Shown: piece by piece, positions 26,078 through 36,080 of the stretch
How positions within the stretch are numbered: position 1 is the first letter of the stretch
How the letters are laid out: each line of letters opens with the position of its first letter
DNA from: Alphaproteobacteria bacterium
GTDB lineage: Bacteria; Pseudomonadota; Alphaproteobacteria; Rhodobacterales; Rhodobacteraceae
DNA: 48,978 nt
Assembly (NCBI GenBank): GCA_037127855.1
Contig: JBAXXO010000001.1
Location: 1-48,978, forward strand
Reading direction: 5' to 3'
Position numbers and translations under genes: made by a program
The notes under the pieces: generated by a model
The model's input: the letters and a program-made list of their open reading frames with translations, nothing else
Told to the model about the DNA's origin: nothing
Databases searched by the model: none

Positions 26078-28159
26078 TCACGCGTCGATCATGTTGACAA
26101 GGTAGACGCCGCTCTCGTGCAACTCTGCCTCCCAACCGGGTTCGATGACAAGGGTCGTGGTCACTTCCTCGATCACGGCGGGCCCGGTGATGCGGTCTCC
26201 CGCCCCCAGTCGTGCCCCGGCATAGACCGGCGCATCCTTGGCCGCACTGCCCGCGTCAAAGATCATTGGACGAGTACCTTCAAGGGCATGGTTGGCACCT
26301 TTTCCTTGGGCGACTGACATACGGTTGGGGCGATCGACCCGCCCCCAGATTGCGCTTTCAACGTTGACGATCTCGACCACGCTCTGACGCTCGGAGTAGG
26401 TGTAAAGTTCCTCATGCCGGGCATGGAAGGCTTCGATGACATTGACCAGCGCGTCCTCATCAATCGCGAAGGCGTCAATTTCCACAGTGCATTCATGGAC
26501 TTGCCCGACATAGCGCATGTCCAGACTGCGGCGTATGGTGATGCGGTCCTCGCTGAAACCATCGCGTGTCAGATCCGCCACGCCTTTTGTCTCAAGCCCA
26601 GTGAACAGCCCATTCAGCTTTTGCGCAGCGCCGATGGAATCAAGCCGGATCGGTGCTGGGGCCATGTAGTTGTATTTGACGTCGGAAATAATCTGCCCAT
26701 AAGCGCACAGCCCGGATGCCAGCTTTGAGATCAGAACGCGCCGTATGCCCATCTCGCGCGCCAGCGCCGTGATATGCGCCCCAGTCGCACCGCCCGCACA
26801 GTTCAGCACAAAATCCCTTGGGTCATAGCCGCGTTCGACCGAGACGCGACGGATGGCATTGACCATGTTGTTGTTGACGATGTTGAACATGCCATAAGCC
26901 GCTTTTTCGACCGACAGGCCCAAGGGGTCTGCAATGCCCGCCTTGATCGCCGCCCGGGCTTTGTCGGCGTTCAGCGGCAAGCGGCCGCCCACCAACCCAT
27001 CGGGATTGATATAGCCCAGCACAAGATTGGCGTCCGTGGTCGTCGGTAGGTTGCCACCCTGGTCATAAGATGCAGGACCCGGATCAGACCCCGCCGATTG
27101 CGGCCCCATCTGCATCAGGCCCATATTGTCGATCCAGCCGATCGAGCCGCCCCCAGCACCCAGCGTCTCGACCTGAATCATTGGAATGCCAATCCGGTAG
27201 CGCAGGAAGTCGATGTTCTTTGACACATTTGCCCGCCCATCCCGTGTCAGGGTGATATCGAACGAGGTGCCGCCCATGTCCACGGTGATGATATTCGTCA
27301 TCCCCCACGGCTCTGCGATATACAGCGCAGCCTGGGGGGCCGAGGCCGGGCCGGAGTTGATCGCATAGACCGATTGGTCCGACACCACGGACCCCAAAGC
27401 CAGACCCCCGTTCGACTGGAAATAGCGCACCGGGTGCTTTGCCCCAAGGCTGCGGAAATAGCCGTCCACCGCTTCGACATACTTGGTCAGGATCGGGGCA
27501 AGGTAAGCGTTCACGATCGCGGTGGAGGTGCGGGTATACTCACGCACCTGCGGGTAAAGCTGGCTGCCCACGGTCAGGCGGACATTCGGCATCATCTCAC
27601 GCACAATCGCGGCGGCGCGCAGTTCGTGTTCGGGATGCAACACCGACCAGACAAAGGAAATCGCCACCGAATCGACACCTTCACGGATGAAGTGGCGGCA
27701 AGCCTCGCGCACGTCCTCCTCGTCCATAGGCGTGTGGACAGCACCCGTCGAAATTACCCGCTCGGACACGCCCCGGCGCAGATAGCGCGGCACCAGCATC
27801 GTGGCGGGCGGGTATTCCGGGTCATAGCGATAGCCATCTTCCTTGTGGCCAAGGCGGATTTCGATGGAATCCTCATGGCCCTTGGTGGCGATCAGACCGG
27901 CCTTCGCGCCTTTGTGCTGGATCAGCGCATTCAAACCGACTGTCGTGCCATTGATGCACAGGTCAGCGTTGGAGACAATCTCGGTCGCGGAAATGCCAGT
28001 TTCCTCTTCGATCAGCTTCAGCCCGTTGCGGATGGCAAGCGTCGGGTCTTGGGGGGTCGACAGCGCCTTGAAGATGCGAACGTCGCCCTTGCGGTCGGCA
28101 AGGATAAAGTCGGTGAAGGTGCCGCCGGCATCAATGCCCAGACGATATTGGTTTTGCAT
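26078..28159 (-). CDS. capA: Hydantoinase A/oxoprolinase family protein, caprolactamase alpha (CapA/OplA)-like
   Basis: YRLGIDAGGTFTDF, GTTVGLNAL, SGPA, DMGGTSFD, GAGGGSI. Recalled similarity to Pseudomonas CapA. The family call is certain; the ortholog call is less so. Confidence 0.8.
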   Translation of the reverse strand: MQNQYRLGIDAGGTFTDFILADRKGDVRIFKALSTPQDPTLAIRNGLKLIEEETGISATEIVSNADLCINGTTVGLNALIQHKGAKAGLIATKGHEDSIEIRLGHKEDGYRYDPEYPPATMLVPRYLRRGVSERVISTGAVHTPMDEEDVREACRHFIREGVDSVAISFVWSVLHPEHELRAAAIVREMMPNVRLTVGSQLYPQVREYTRTSTAIVNAYLAPILTKYVEAVDGYFRSLGAKHPVRYFQSNGGLALGSVVSDQSVYAINSGPASAPQAALYIAEPWGMTNIITVDMGGTSFDITLTRDGRANVSKNIDFLRYRIGIPMIQVETLGAGGGSIGWIDNMGLMQMGPQSAGSDPGPASYDQGGNLPTTTDANLVLGYINPDGLVGGRLPLNADKARAAIKAGIADPLGLSVEKAAYGMFNIVNNNMVNAIRRVSVERGYDPRDFVLNCAGGATGAHITALAREMGIRRVLISKLASGLCAYGQIISDVKYNYMAPAPIRLDSIGAAQKLNGLFTGLETKGVADLTRDGFSEDRITIRRSLDMRYVGQVHECTVEIDAFAIDEDALVNVIEAFHARHEELYTYSERQSVVEIVNVESAIWGRVDRPNRMSVAQGKGANHALEGTRPMIFDAGSAAKDAPVYAGARLGAGDRITGPAVIEEVTTTLVIEPGWEAELHESGVYLVNMIDA

Positions 28160-28173
28160 GGGTTTGATCCTTG

Positions 28174-29928
28174 TCAGGCGGCAGTTGCGCGCAGTGCGGC
28201 GGTGGCGTGATGATCGACCTCAAGGGCCACAAAGTTGGCAAAGACCACACCATAGTCCAGCCGTGCGCCCATCTCGCTGACCAATCCATTGCGTACATCG
28301 TCCACCACACGGCTGACATCCCGCTGAAAGGCGATGCCAAAGCCGCCCCCGCCGGGGTTGCGGTTGGCGGCGCGTTCGCCGGGTTGGATGGTTTCGATAA
28401 CGTTGTTGGTGATCACTTCGGTCTTGCCATGGCGCGTCAGTTCCAAAGAGCCGACCTTGGGTGCCACCATGGCGGATTTGGCCCCAGCCGCCCCCATCGC
28501 GGGAATACGGCGACCCTCGCCAAAGGTGATAAGCGTCATCGGGCTGTCCAAAGGCTCCACCTCCCAGCACGTGCCTGAACCGCCGCGGTTGCGGCCGGCG
28601 CCCCCTGAATCGACCATCAGCGAATAGCGGTGGATGATGATGGGATAGCTGTGCTCCAGCATTTCGATGTCGCCCGAGGTCAAGGCGCCAAAGCAGCACT
28701 CGGGTCCGCAGGCGTGCCAGCCGTCTTGGTTCGCAGTGGCCCCGGCACCCGAGATGATCGAGGCAAGCACCATCGTCACATATTCCTCATCATGCCGCTT
28801 GTCCCAACCGGCGATGTTGCAGCCGTTGGCATGGCCCCAACTGGCCGAGACTTTGTCGGGCGCTGCCTGTTCAAGGGCCAAGCGGACGGCATCGGTCAGC
28901 GTCTCCATCGGCGTGGTGGTGCAGTTCATGTGCGGCGCGGGGGACTTGGCGTTACAAAGCGTCCCCTTCGGTCCCATGTCGGTGGTGACGCAGCGGTACA
29001 GCCCCTCATTATAGGGTGGCGGCAGTTGGGCGAACATCATCAGGCCAAGATAGACGCCAGAGTGGCTGTTTCCTTCATAACTGTTGATGAAATAGGGGAT
29101 CTGCGGCGGTGACTGGATGGCGATGTGGCAGCTGTCACCCTTGATCGTCACGGTGGCGGTAATGTCGAAATCGCCAAAGCCGTGGCCCGCGTCTTCAAGG
29201 ACCGCTGTGCCGGTATAGATTCCGTCCGGAACCTTGGCGATCAGGCTGCGCATATGCGCCTCGGCCATATCCAGCAGTTCAGCGATGCACGTCAGCACGG
29301 TATCCTTGCCGTATTTGTCCATCAGTCCGATCAACGCCCGCGCACCGACCTTGCAAGCCCCGATCAACGCGTTGAAGTCGCCCTGCTGGTCACGACGGGC
29401 GCGCATGTTGGACAAAAGCAGGTTAATGACATCGTTGCGCGGCTTGCCCCTGTCCCACAGCTTCAACGGCGGAATGCGCAGGCCCTCAGCGTAGATTTCC
29501 GTCGCAGCAGGGTTGTAACCGGCGGGGACCGGGCCGCCGATGTCGGTCAGGTGGCCCTTGCAGACCGTCCAGAACACCAGTTCACCCTGATAGAACACCG
29601 GGTAATACATGCAGGTGTCGATGATGTGTGACCCGCCGTAGTCCGGATCATTGTGCAAGATCAGATCGCCGTCGTGAATATCGCCCTCGAAATACTTCGC
29701 CACCGACTTCATCGCGGGGATAAGCGAGCCCAAATGGATCGGGATGTCCTGTCCTTGCAAGATCATCTCTGGCGTCGCGTTGAACAAGGCGGTGGAATAG
29801 TCATGCGCCAGGTTGAACACCGAGGACCGCGCGGTCTGTTCCAGCGTCAGGGTCATCTCTCGCTGGGTCGTCTCCAGCACGCCGCGCACGACAGAAAGTG
29901 TAATGGGGTCAACCTTGGCTTGGGACAT
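28174..29928 (-). CDS. capB: Hydantoinase B/oxoprolinase family protein, caprolactamase beta (CapB/OplB)-like
   Basis: DPITL, RSSVFNLAHDYS, QGQDIPIHLGSL, HNDP..GGSH..D, CKGHLTDIGGPVPAGYNP, PGGGG. Recalled similarity to Pseudomonas CapB. Confidence 0.8.
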   Translation of the reverse strand: MSQAKVDPITLSVVRGVLETTQREMTLTLEQTARSSVFNLAHDYSTALFNATPEMILQGQDIPIHLGSLIPAMKSVAKYFEGDIHDGDLILHNDPDYGGSHIIDTCMYYPVFYQGELVFWTVCKGHLTDIGGPVPAGYNPAATEIYAEGLRIPPLKLWDRGKPRNDVINLLLSNMRARRDQQGDFNALIGACKVGARALIGLMDKYGKDTVLTCIAELLDMAEAHMRSLIAKVPDGIYTGTAVLEDAGHGFGDFDITATVTIKGDSCHIAIQSPPQIPYFINSYEGNSHSGVYLGLMMFAQLPPPYNEGLYRCVTTDMGPKGTLCNAKSPAPHMNCTTTPMETLTDAVRLALEQAAPDKVSASWGHANGCNIAGWDKRHDEEYVTMVLASIISGAGATANQDGWHACGPECCFGALTSGDIEMLEHSYPIIIHRYSLMVDSGGAGRNRGGSGTCWEVEPLDSPMTLITFGEGRRIPAMGAAGAKSAMVAPKVGSLELTRHGKTEVITNNVIETIQPGERAANRNPGGGGFGIAFQRDVSRVVDDVRNGLVSEMGARLDYGVVFANFVALEVDHHATAALRATAA

Positions 29929-30149
29929 GGGGCGATCTCTTTCCAAATGGGTCGGGACCAGCCCGTTCAGGAGTCAGGCTGCACTTTTTGACAAACCGGG
30001 TCTTGCGCCACAGTGAACAAGCTTTTGTCAACCGGCGCACTGAATCCGTTCGCGCGGAAAAGGGCTGGGGGTTGGAACTTGATTCTCTTTGCATTAGGCA
30101 TCGTCTTTGGCGAAGGTGCTGAAAATCGGCTGCGCCCGGGGGCATTGCG

Positions 30150-31100
30150 ATGAATCTCATGGCCCACAGCACGAACCGACTGCCGCCTGCGGCGCGGGCC
30201 GGGTATTGGAACGCCGTCATAGCCGAGACTTACTTCCCGCTGCATTTGACCTTTCGCGACGCGTCAGCGTTTGATGGCCGTCTGGAGCAGCAATCGCTCG
30301 GCGAGCTGTCCCTGTCGCGCCTGCAAACCGAACCCGTGCAATACGAACGCCACCCTCGCCACATCGCTGGCGCTTCGGAAGAGCAGTACCTGATAACCAT
30401 CCCGCGCCGCTCTCCGGTAGAGTTTCGCCAGTTGGGCCGTGAAGTGCGCTGCGATCCCGGCGGTTTCATCATTGAACGCGGGGATGAGCCTTATCGCTTT
30501 TCCTATGAATCGGCGAACGACCTGTGCGTGCTGAAAGTTGCCAAGCCGGTTCTGTCCAACCGACTGCGCAACCCGGACCGGTTTTGCGCCCAGGTGTTCA
30601 ATGGGCGTGAGGGTTTGGGCGGGCTGTTCGTCACGATGGCTCAACATGTGCAAGCGCAGTCCGCTTTGGACCCTGCTTCACGTGCCGTCCTGGAGCGGCA
30701 GTTGATCGAGTTGTTGACGCTGGCCGTTGATCGCGCCTGTGACACGGCCGATATTGCGCAAAGTTCGGTCCGGGCAGCCCATTTGAAACGGGCCGAAGAC
30801 GTGATCCGGCGCAACCTGTCCAACCCGGACCTGTGCCCCGATCTCGTGGCCGAGGCCTGCGGCATCTCCAAACGCTATCTTCATGAAATCTTTGCCGACG
30901 GTAACGGTACGGTGTCGCAGTACATTCGCGAACAGCGTCTGATCGCCGCGCGCAACCTGTTGCAAATGCCCAATCCGGGTCCGATGTCTGACATCGCCTA
31001 TCGCTTCGGGTTTTCCGATCAGGCGCAGTTTTCGCGTCTGTTCAAGGCAATGTTCGGCCAGACCCCCAGCGGCTATCGAACTGGCCAGACCGGGCGCTAG
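30150..31100 (+). CDS. AraC-family regulator (OplR/FeaR-like), divergent from capB
   Basis: N-terminal W...I...YFPL ligand domain; C-terminal VAEACGISKRYLH and IAYRFGFSDQAQFSRLFK..FG.TP. Confidence 0.92.
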   Translation: MNLMAHSTNRLPPAARAGYWNAVIAETYFPLHLTFRDASAFDGRLEQQSLGELSLSRLQTEPVQYERHPRHIAGASEEQYLITIPRRSPVEFRQLGREVRCDPGGFIIERGDEPYRFSYESANDLCVLKVAKPVLSNRLRNPDRFCAQVFNGREGLGGLFVTMAQHVQAQSALDPASRAVLERQLIELLTLAVDRACDTADIAQSSVRAAHLKRAEDVIRRNLSNPDLCPDLVAEACGISKRYLHEIFADGNGTVSQYIREQRLIAARNLLQMPNPGPMSDIAYRFGFSDQAQFSRLFKAMFGQTPSGYRTGQTGR

Positions 31101-31120
31101 AGGGGGCGCTAAACAGGGCG

Positions 31121-32044
31121 CTAAACGCGGCCCAGCCACGCACCAGACTGCAGCAAGCGTTCGATATGATCCCTGATCAACTGCACCACGGCCCGCGTCG
31201 CAAGCGCATTGGCCCGCTGTGGCGCATGGGCCAGGATCAGTTCCCGACTGATCACCGGGTCTGTGATCTTTTGCACCACCAACTCGCCACTGTCGAGGTC
31301 TGCCTGCACCGCAGTTACTGGAAGGATGGTGCGGATGGTGCCGTTGCTGACAAGGCCGCGGATTGTGGGCAAAGTCTCCAACTCCATCGCGACGGTCAGG
31401 TTGATCTGGGCGCGCGCGCAGGCCTCGTCGACCAGAATACGCAGGCCGTGCGGGACACCCGGCAGGGCAAGGTCTTCGCCCTCCAGGTCGCGCAGGGCAA
31501 CTGTCGCGCCCTGGCCCAAAGGTGGCGCGTGACGGGCCGAAACGAGGTACAAGTCTTCAAACAACAAATGCTCGGCATCGGGGAAGGTTCCAGCGCGGAC
31601 CTTGTACAGCACCGCCAGATCGACCCGGCCACTTGCCAGCCATTCAGCCACATAACCGCTGAACCCCTCAAGCACACGCATCTGGATGCCGGGGAAATCG
31701 GCCCTGACCTGCTGCAACAAGGGCGCCAACAACACCAGACCGACCGATGGCGGAACGCCCAAGGTGACCACGCCCTGCACCGTCATGCGGCTGGCGGTCA
31801 GGTCGTGTCTGATCTGTGCCACGTCGGCCAGGACATGGCGCGCGCGGGTCAACAGCGTCTCGCCCATCTCGGTCACCACAACGCCGCGTCCGTTGCGGTA
31901 GAACAAGGTCACACCAAGGTCAAGCTCCAGTTCTCGGATGCGCCGGCTAAGGGCCGATTGCGCGATGTTGTGCGCCAGTGCGGCTTTGGAAAAGCTGCCC
32001 GTCTCGGCGATCGAGATGAAATACCGAAAGTCGCGCAGGTCCAT
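31121..32044 (-). CDS. LysR-family regulator
   Basis: MDLRDFRYF..IAETGSFSKAA..IAQSALSRRIRELE..LGVTLF.R. Confidence 0.95.
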   Translation of the reverse strand: MDLRDFRYFISIAETGSFSKAALAHNIAQSALSRRIRELELDLGVTLFYRNGRGVVVTEMGETLLTRARHVLADVAQIRHDLTASRMTVQGVVTLGVPPSVGLVLLAPLLQQVRADFPGIQMRVLEGFSGYVAEWLASGRVDLAVLYKVRAGTFPDAEHLLFEDLYLVSARHAPPLGQGATVALRDLEGEDLALPGVPHGLRILVDEACARAQINLTVAMELETLPTIRGLVSNGTIRTILPVTAVQADLDSGELVVQKITDPVISRELILAHAPQRANALATRAVVQLIRDHIERLLQSGAWLGRV

Positions 32045-32131
32045 GAACCAAGCCCCCAAGCGTTAATGCTGCGGCGGCAGGGCAGGTCCGCCGCCGCGTT
32101 GCTTGAAGGGAAGGACGTGACGCCCCGCGTG

Positions 32132-33904
32132 TCAAGCTGCCATGGTGGCGCGCAGCTTGGCGGTGGCAGCAAGGTCAAGTCCCCACTGATAGCCATTGGT
32201 GACGGGCTTGACCACCACGCCGTAAACCTCTCGCGCATGGTCGGGGGTTATGTAGCCGTCCAGCAGGTCATCCAGCACCTTGGCGGGATCACGTTTCAGG
32301 CTGGGTCCGTAGCCACCGCCGCCAGGCGACAGATAGGTGATCACATCCCCCACCTCGGCCCGCAGGCCCGAGAATTTGGCCGGGACGTCAACCGGGGGCG
32401 TACCTTTGGTGTGGTTGTGCATGCGCACTGCCGCCGTCACCCCCTCACCCCCGCCAAAGATGCCCCAGGGTATATCTTCGTTCCGGTCGCTTTCATGGGT
32501 CATGAATCCCGGCACCAGAAAGCGTTGCGATTTCACCACGCCCATGCCGCCGCGGAATTCGCCGGCCCCGGGGAACACGTCGTCGCGGATTTCATAGCGG
32601 TCACAGATGACCGGCAGATGCATGCCAAGGTCTTCCAACGGGTTGTTGCGGGTGTTGCGCATCAACTCTTCGATCGTATCCGGGCCATCAGACTTAGGAC
32701 GCCCGCCCATCGAGGCCTCATTCACCTCGATCAGCACCCAGTAATCCCCGTTGTCGCGCACGCCCGAGTAGCTGGCAAAAGACAGGCAGGCCGCGTTTCC
32801 GGCGGTGCATTTGTCGGGCAGAACCGGGGCAAGGGCCTTGATGATCAGGTCAACGATGCGCTGAATCTGATTAAAGCGCGCCTCGCAAGCCGCAGGGGCA
32901 ATGGGGTTGAAGATGCAGCCCAAGGGCGCTGTGACCTTGACCGGGCGGAACGATCCTTCGTTTTGCGGGATGTATTCGGTGTTGGTGTAGGTATCCAACA
33001 GCAAGGCCCGAAAGGCGAAATAGCAGGCTACCTTGGTGGAACCTTCGAACGGCACATTAAAGGCCGTCGGCACCTGCGGCGACGACCCCGTCAGATCAAC
33101 CTCGACATCGTCGCCCGTGACCCGAACCGTCACTTTGATCGGAAGGTGAACGCCTCTCGTGCGGCCATCGTCATCCATGAAGCCTTCGGCAAAGTATTCG
33201 CCATCCGGGATCTTGGCGATCTCGCGCCGCAGCATCCGTTCGGAATAGTCCATCAACTGCTTGGTGGCTTGCTCCACCACAGCGCGCCCATAGGTGTCCA
33301 TCAACTCGCAGAACCGTTTGACGCCCAATTCCGCCGAGGCGATCTGCGCCTCCAAATCGCGCATCACCAGCCCCGGCACGCGGGTGTTTCCGCTGATATA
33401 GCGCCAAAGCGTGTCGTTGCGTTTGCCTGCCTCGACCAGTTTCAATCCGTTCAGAAGCATGCCTTCGGCAAAGACGTCCGGCACATCGATGATCAAGCCC
33501 GGAGTCGCCGCCCCGATGTCCAGATGGTGCGCGGTGTTGGCCGAAAAGCCGACCAGTTCGCCGCAATAAAAAATCGGCATGACGATGCCGATATCGGGTG
33601 AGTGGCTGGCACCGAAATAGGGGTGATTGTGGATCACCACATCGCCCTCGTGCCAGTCGCTCAGGGAAATGCTTTTTTCGATGCCGCGCAGATAACCGGG
33701 GATCGAGCCGATATGCATCGGCGTGGAATCGCTTTCGCACAGTGTGTTATAGTCAAGGTCGAACAGTCCTGCGCCAAGATCCTGACTCTCTCGGATGATG
33801 GAGGAATAGGACATGCGGTAAAGCACGTTGCCCATCTGTTCGGCAATCGCATGCAGCGCGCCGCCGATGACCTGCAGCGTGATCGGATCAATGGTCTTGC
33901 TCAT
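32132..33904 (-). CDS. Hydantoinase B/oxoprolinase family protein (second copy)
   Basis: DPITL, SYSSIIRESQD, HNHPYFGASHSPD, AHHLDIG, GAGEFRGG, PGGGGYG. Confidence 0.92.
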   Translation of the reverse strand: MSKTIDPITLQVIGGALHAIAEQMGNVLYRMSYSSIIRESQDLGAGLFDLDYNTLCESDSTPMHIGSIPGYLRGIEKSISLSDWHEGDVVIHNHPYFGASHSPDIGIVMPIFYCGELVGFSANTAHHLDIGAATPGLIIDVPDVFAEGMLLNGLKLVEAGKRNDTLWRYISGNTRVPGLVMRDLEAQIASAELGVKRFCELMDTYGRAVVEQATKQLMDYSERMLRREIAKIPDGEYFAEGFMDDDGRTRGVHLPIKVTVRVTGDDVEVDLTGSSPQVPTAFNVPFEGSTKVACYFAFRALLLDTYTNTEYIPQNEGSFRPVKVTAPLGCIFNPIAPAACEARFNQIQRIVDLIIKALAPVLPDKCTAGNAACLSFASYSGVRDNGDYWVLIEVNEASMGGRPKSDGPDTIEELMRNTRNNPLEDLGMHLPVICDRYEIRDDVFPGAGEFRGGMGVVKSQRFLVPGFMTHESDRNEDIPWGIFGGGEGVTAAVRMHNHTKGTPPVDVPAKFSGLRAEVGDVITYLSPGGGGYGPSLKRDPAKVLDDLLDGYITPDHAREVYGVVVKPVTNGYQWGLDLAATAKLRATMAA

Positions 33905-33907
33905 GGT

Positions 33908-36007
33908 TCAGTGCCCTTCCACGTTGCGGCTGATCACAATGTCGCCCAAGCGCATCACCAGCGCGGTGTAGCCCTTGGGGATGACGGTGGTGGAGTTTTG
34001 CTGGGTGACGATGGCAGGCCCGGTCACCACGTCGTCGGCTTTCAATTTGCTGCGGTCAAAGCGCGGGGTTTCCAGCGTTTGGCCATCGTCAAAGGTGGTC
34101 AATCGGGAATACAGCGCCGCGTCAGACGGGTTACGGCGCCCGCCCTTGTCAAGTTCCGGCAGGCGCAGGGTGTCAGCCGAGGCGGTGCCGATGACGCGCA
34201 GGGTCACGACCTCAACCGCTTGATCCTCAAAGGCATGGCCGTATTCGGTACGATGGACCGCATAGAAGGCCCGCGCGACACCGTCCGCGGTCGCGGCCGT
34301 AAACGGCCCCTCCGGGACATCGACGCGCAGTTCAAAGCCTTGCCCAACATAGCGGCATTCCGCGATGCGCGAGAAGCGTTGCGCCTTGGCCGGGACGCCG
34401 TCGCTGTCCAGTTGCGCCTTGGCCTCGGCTTCCAATCTGTCAAAGATCGCTCCAAGGTTGGCGAATGTGTCCATATCCCCCGCCTGCAGGATGGCCAGCG
34501 CGGACCGGGTGAATTCATAGCGCGGTTCGGTGACCAAAAGCCCCATCGCCGCCGTGATGCCGGGATGCAGGGGAGAGATGACGTTCTTCGCCCAAATCGC
34601 CTCACCCAGTGCCACGCCATGCAAAGGCCCGGCACCGCCAAAGGCCATCAGGCTGAAGCCCCGCGGGTCAATGCCCCGCGCAACCGAATTGGACGCGATC
34701 GCCAGCGCCATATGGTTGTTGATGATGCGCAGCACGCCCAAGGCAGCGTCCTTCACCGACAGACCCAACGGTTCCGCCAGTTTTGAACGGATCGCTGCCT
34801 CTGACAAGGCCGGGTCGATCTTCAACCCACCACCCAGGAACTGATCCGAGTCCAGACGCCCCAGCACCACCTGCGCGTCCGTCACCGTCGGCTCTACCCC
34901 GCCTTTACCATAGCAGGCCGGTCCCGGCTCTGCCCCGGCCGAGCGCGGACCGACACGGAAGGCACCACCGCTGTCGACATAGGCAATCGACCCGCCGCCC
35001 GCCCCGATGGCATCGATGTCGATCATCGGCACCAGCACCGGCATTTCGGCCACTTCGGTGTCACGCGGGTTCTTGATGGTCAGGGCACCATTGCGGATGA
35101 CCGAGATGTCGGCAGAGGTCCCGCCAATGTCGATGGTGATGACTTGGCCCTGACCGCAGGCCTCTCCTGTCCAGCGCCCGCCGATCACGCCACCCGCCGG
35201 ACCGGACAGAAGCAAACCGACCGGGTTCTTGCTGGCTTGCTCCACCGTCGAAACCCCACCATTCGACTGCATCATGCGGACATAGGCAGTCACCCCAGCC
35301 TCTCGCAAACGGCGTTGCAGGTTGTCCAGATAGCCAGCCGTGCGCGGCCCGATATAGGCGTTCATCGCTGCGGTCGAAAACCGTTCATATTCGCGCATTG
35401 TATTCACGACTTCAGACGAGGCGCAGATGAAGGCGTCCGGCATGACACGCTGGACGATTTCTTTCGCTTTAAGTTCGTGCTCGTTGTTGAGGAACGAGAA
35501 AAGGAAGCCGATCACCACAGCCTCTAGCCCGCGCTGGGCGAAAAGCTCTGCCGCCTGTTCGACCTCGTCCAGGTTCAACGCCGTTTCCACCACGCCCGTC
35601 GGTGGCATGATCCGTTCGGTCACGGCAATGCGGTTGCGGCGCTTGATCAGCGGCGCGCTTTGCCATGGCACATCAAATTGCAGCGAAAAGTTGTGGGGGC
35701 GTTTGTGCCGCGCCATATGCAGAATGTCACGGAAGCCCTTGGTGGTGATCATCCCGACCTCTGCCCCGTCACGCTCGATCACGATATTGGTGGCGACCGT
35801 GGTGCCGTGAAACAGCGCGTCGATCTGGCCTGGCTGGATGCCAGCGATGGCGCAAAGCTGCACCACGCCCTGCACAACGCCAATCGACTGGTCTTTTGGC
35901 GTACTGGAGACTTTGTGTACAAAGACCTGCTGGCGGCCATCCGCCCCCACCGCCTCCAACACGAGATCGGTGAAGGTACCACCCACGTCAACGCCTACCC
36001 TGATCAT
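33908..36007 (-). CDS. Hydantoinase A/oxoprolinase family protein (second copy)
   Basis: GVDVGGTFTD, HGTTVATN, SGPAGG, DIGGTS, GAGGGSI, GP.SAGA.PGPACY. Confidence 0.92.
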   Translation of the reverse strand: MIRVGVDVGGTFTDLVLEAVGADGRQQVFVHKVSSTPKDQSIGVVQGVVQLCAIAGIQPGQIDALFHGTTVATNIVIERDGAEVGMITTKGFRDILHMARHKRPHNFSLQFDVPWQSAPLIKRRNRIAVTERIMPPTGVVETALNLDEVEQAAELFAQRGLEAVVIGFLFSFLNNEHELKAKEIVQRVMPDAFICASSEVVNTMREYERFSTAAMNAYIGPRTAGYLDNLQRRLREAGVTAYVRMMQSNGGVSTVEQASKNPVGLLLSGPAGGVIGGRWTGEACGQGQVITIDIGGTSADISVIRNGALTIKNPRDTEVAEMPVLVPMIDIDAIGAGGGSIAYVDSGGAFRVGPRSAGAEPGPACYGKGGVEPTVTDAQVVLGRLDSDQFLGGGLKIDPALSEAAIRSKLAEPLGLSVKDAALGVLRIINNHMALAIASNSVARGIDPRGFSLMAFGGAGPLHGVALGEAIWAKNVISPLHPGITAAMGLLVTEPRYEFTRSALAILQAGDMDTFANLGAIFDRLEAEAKAQLDSDGVPAKAQRFSRIAECRYVGQGFELRVDVPEGPFTAATADGVARAFYAVHRTEYGHAFEDQAVEVVTLRVIGTASADTLRLPELDKGGRRNPSDAALYSRLTTFDDGQTLETPRFDRSKLKADDVVTGPAIVTQQNSTTVIPKGYTALVMRLGDIVISRNVEGH

Positions 36008-36080
36008 CCTTGCATCCCTTGTTGTTAACGCCCTGTCGTTCGCGGCCCCGCGCAGCTATCGCCAAGCCTTTGTTTTGCAT

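Noticed and set aside
31092-31123. GGGCGCTA repeated three times at 12-bp spacing between the convergent araC and lysR stops
   Set aside because: Very short; most likely local slippage duplication with no evident function.
31166-33601. 811-aa plus-strand ORF, and similar long ORFs at 36680-38425 and 42553-43908
   Set aside because: These are antisense shadows of well-supported minus-strand genes in GC-rich DNA and show no recognisable motifs.
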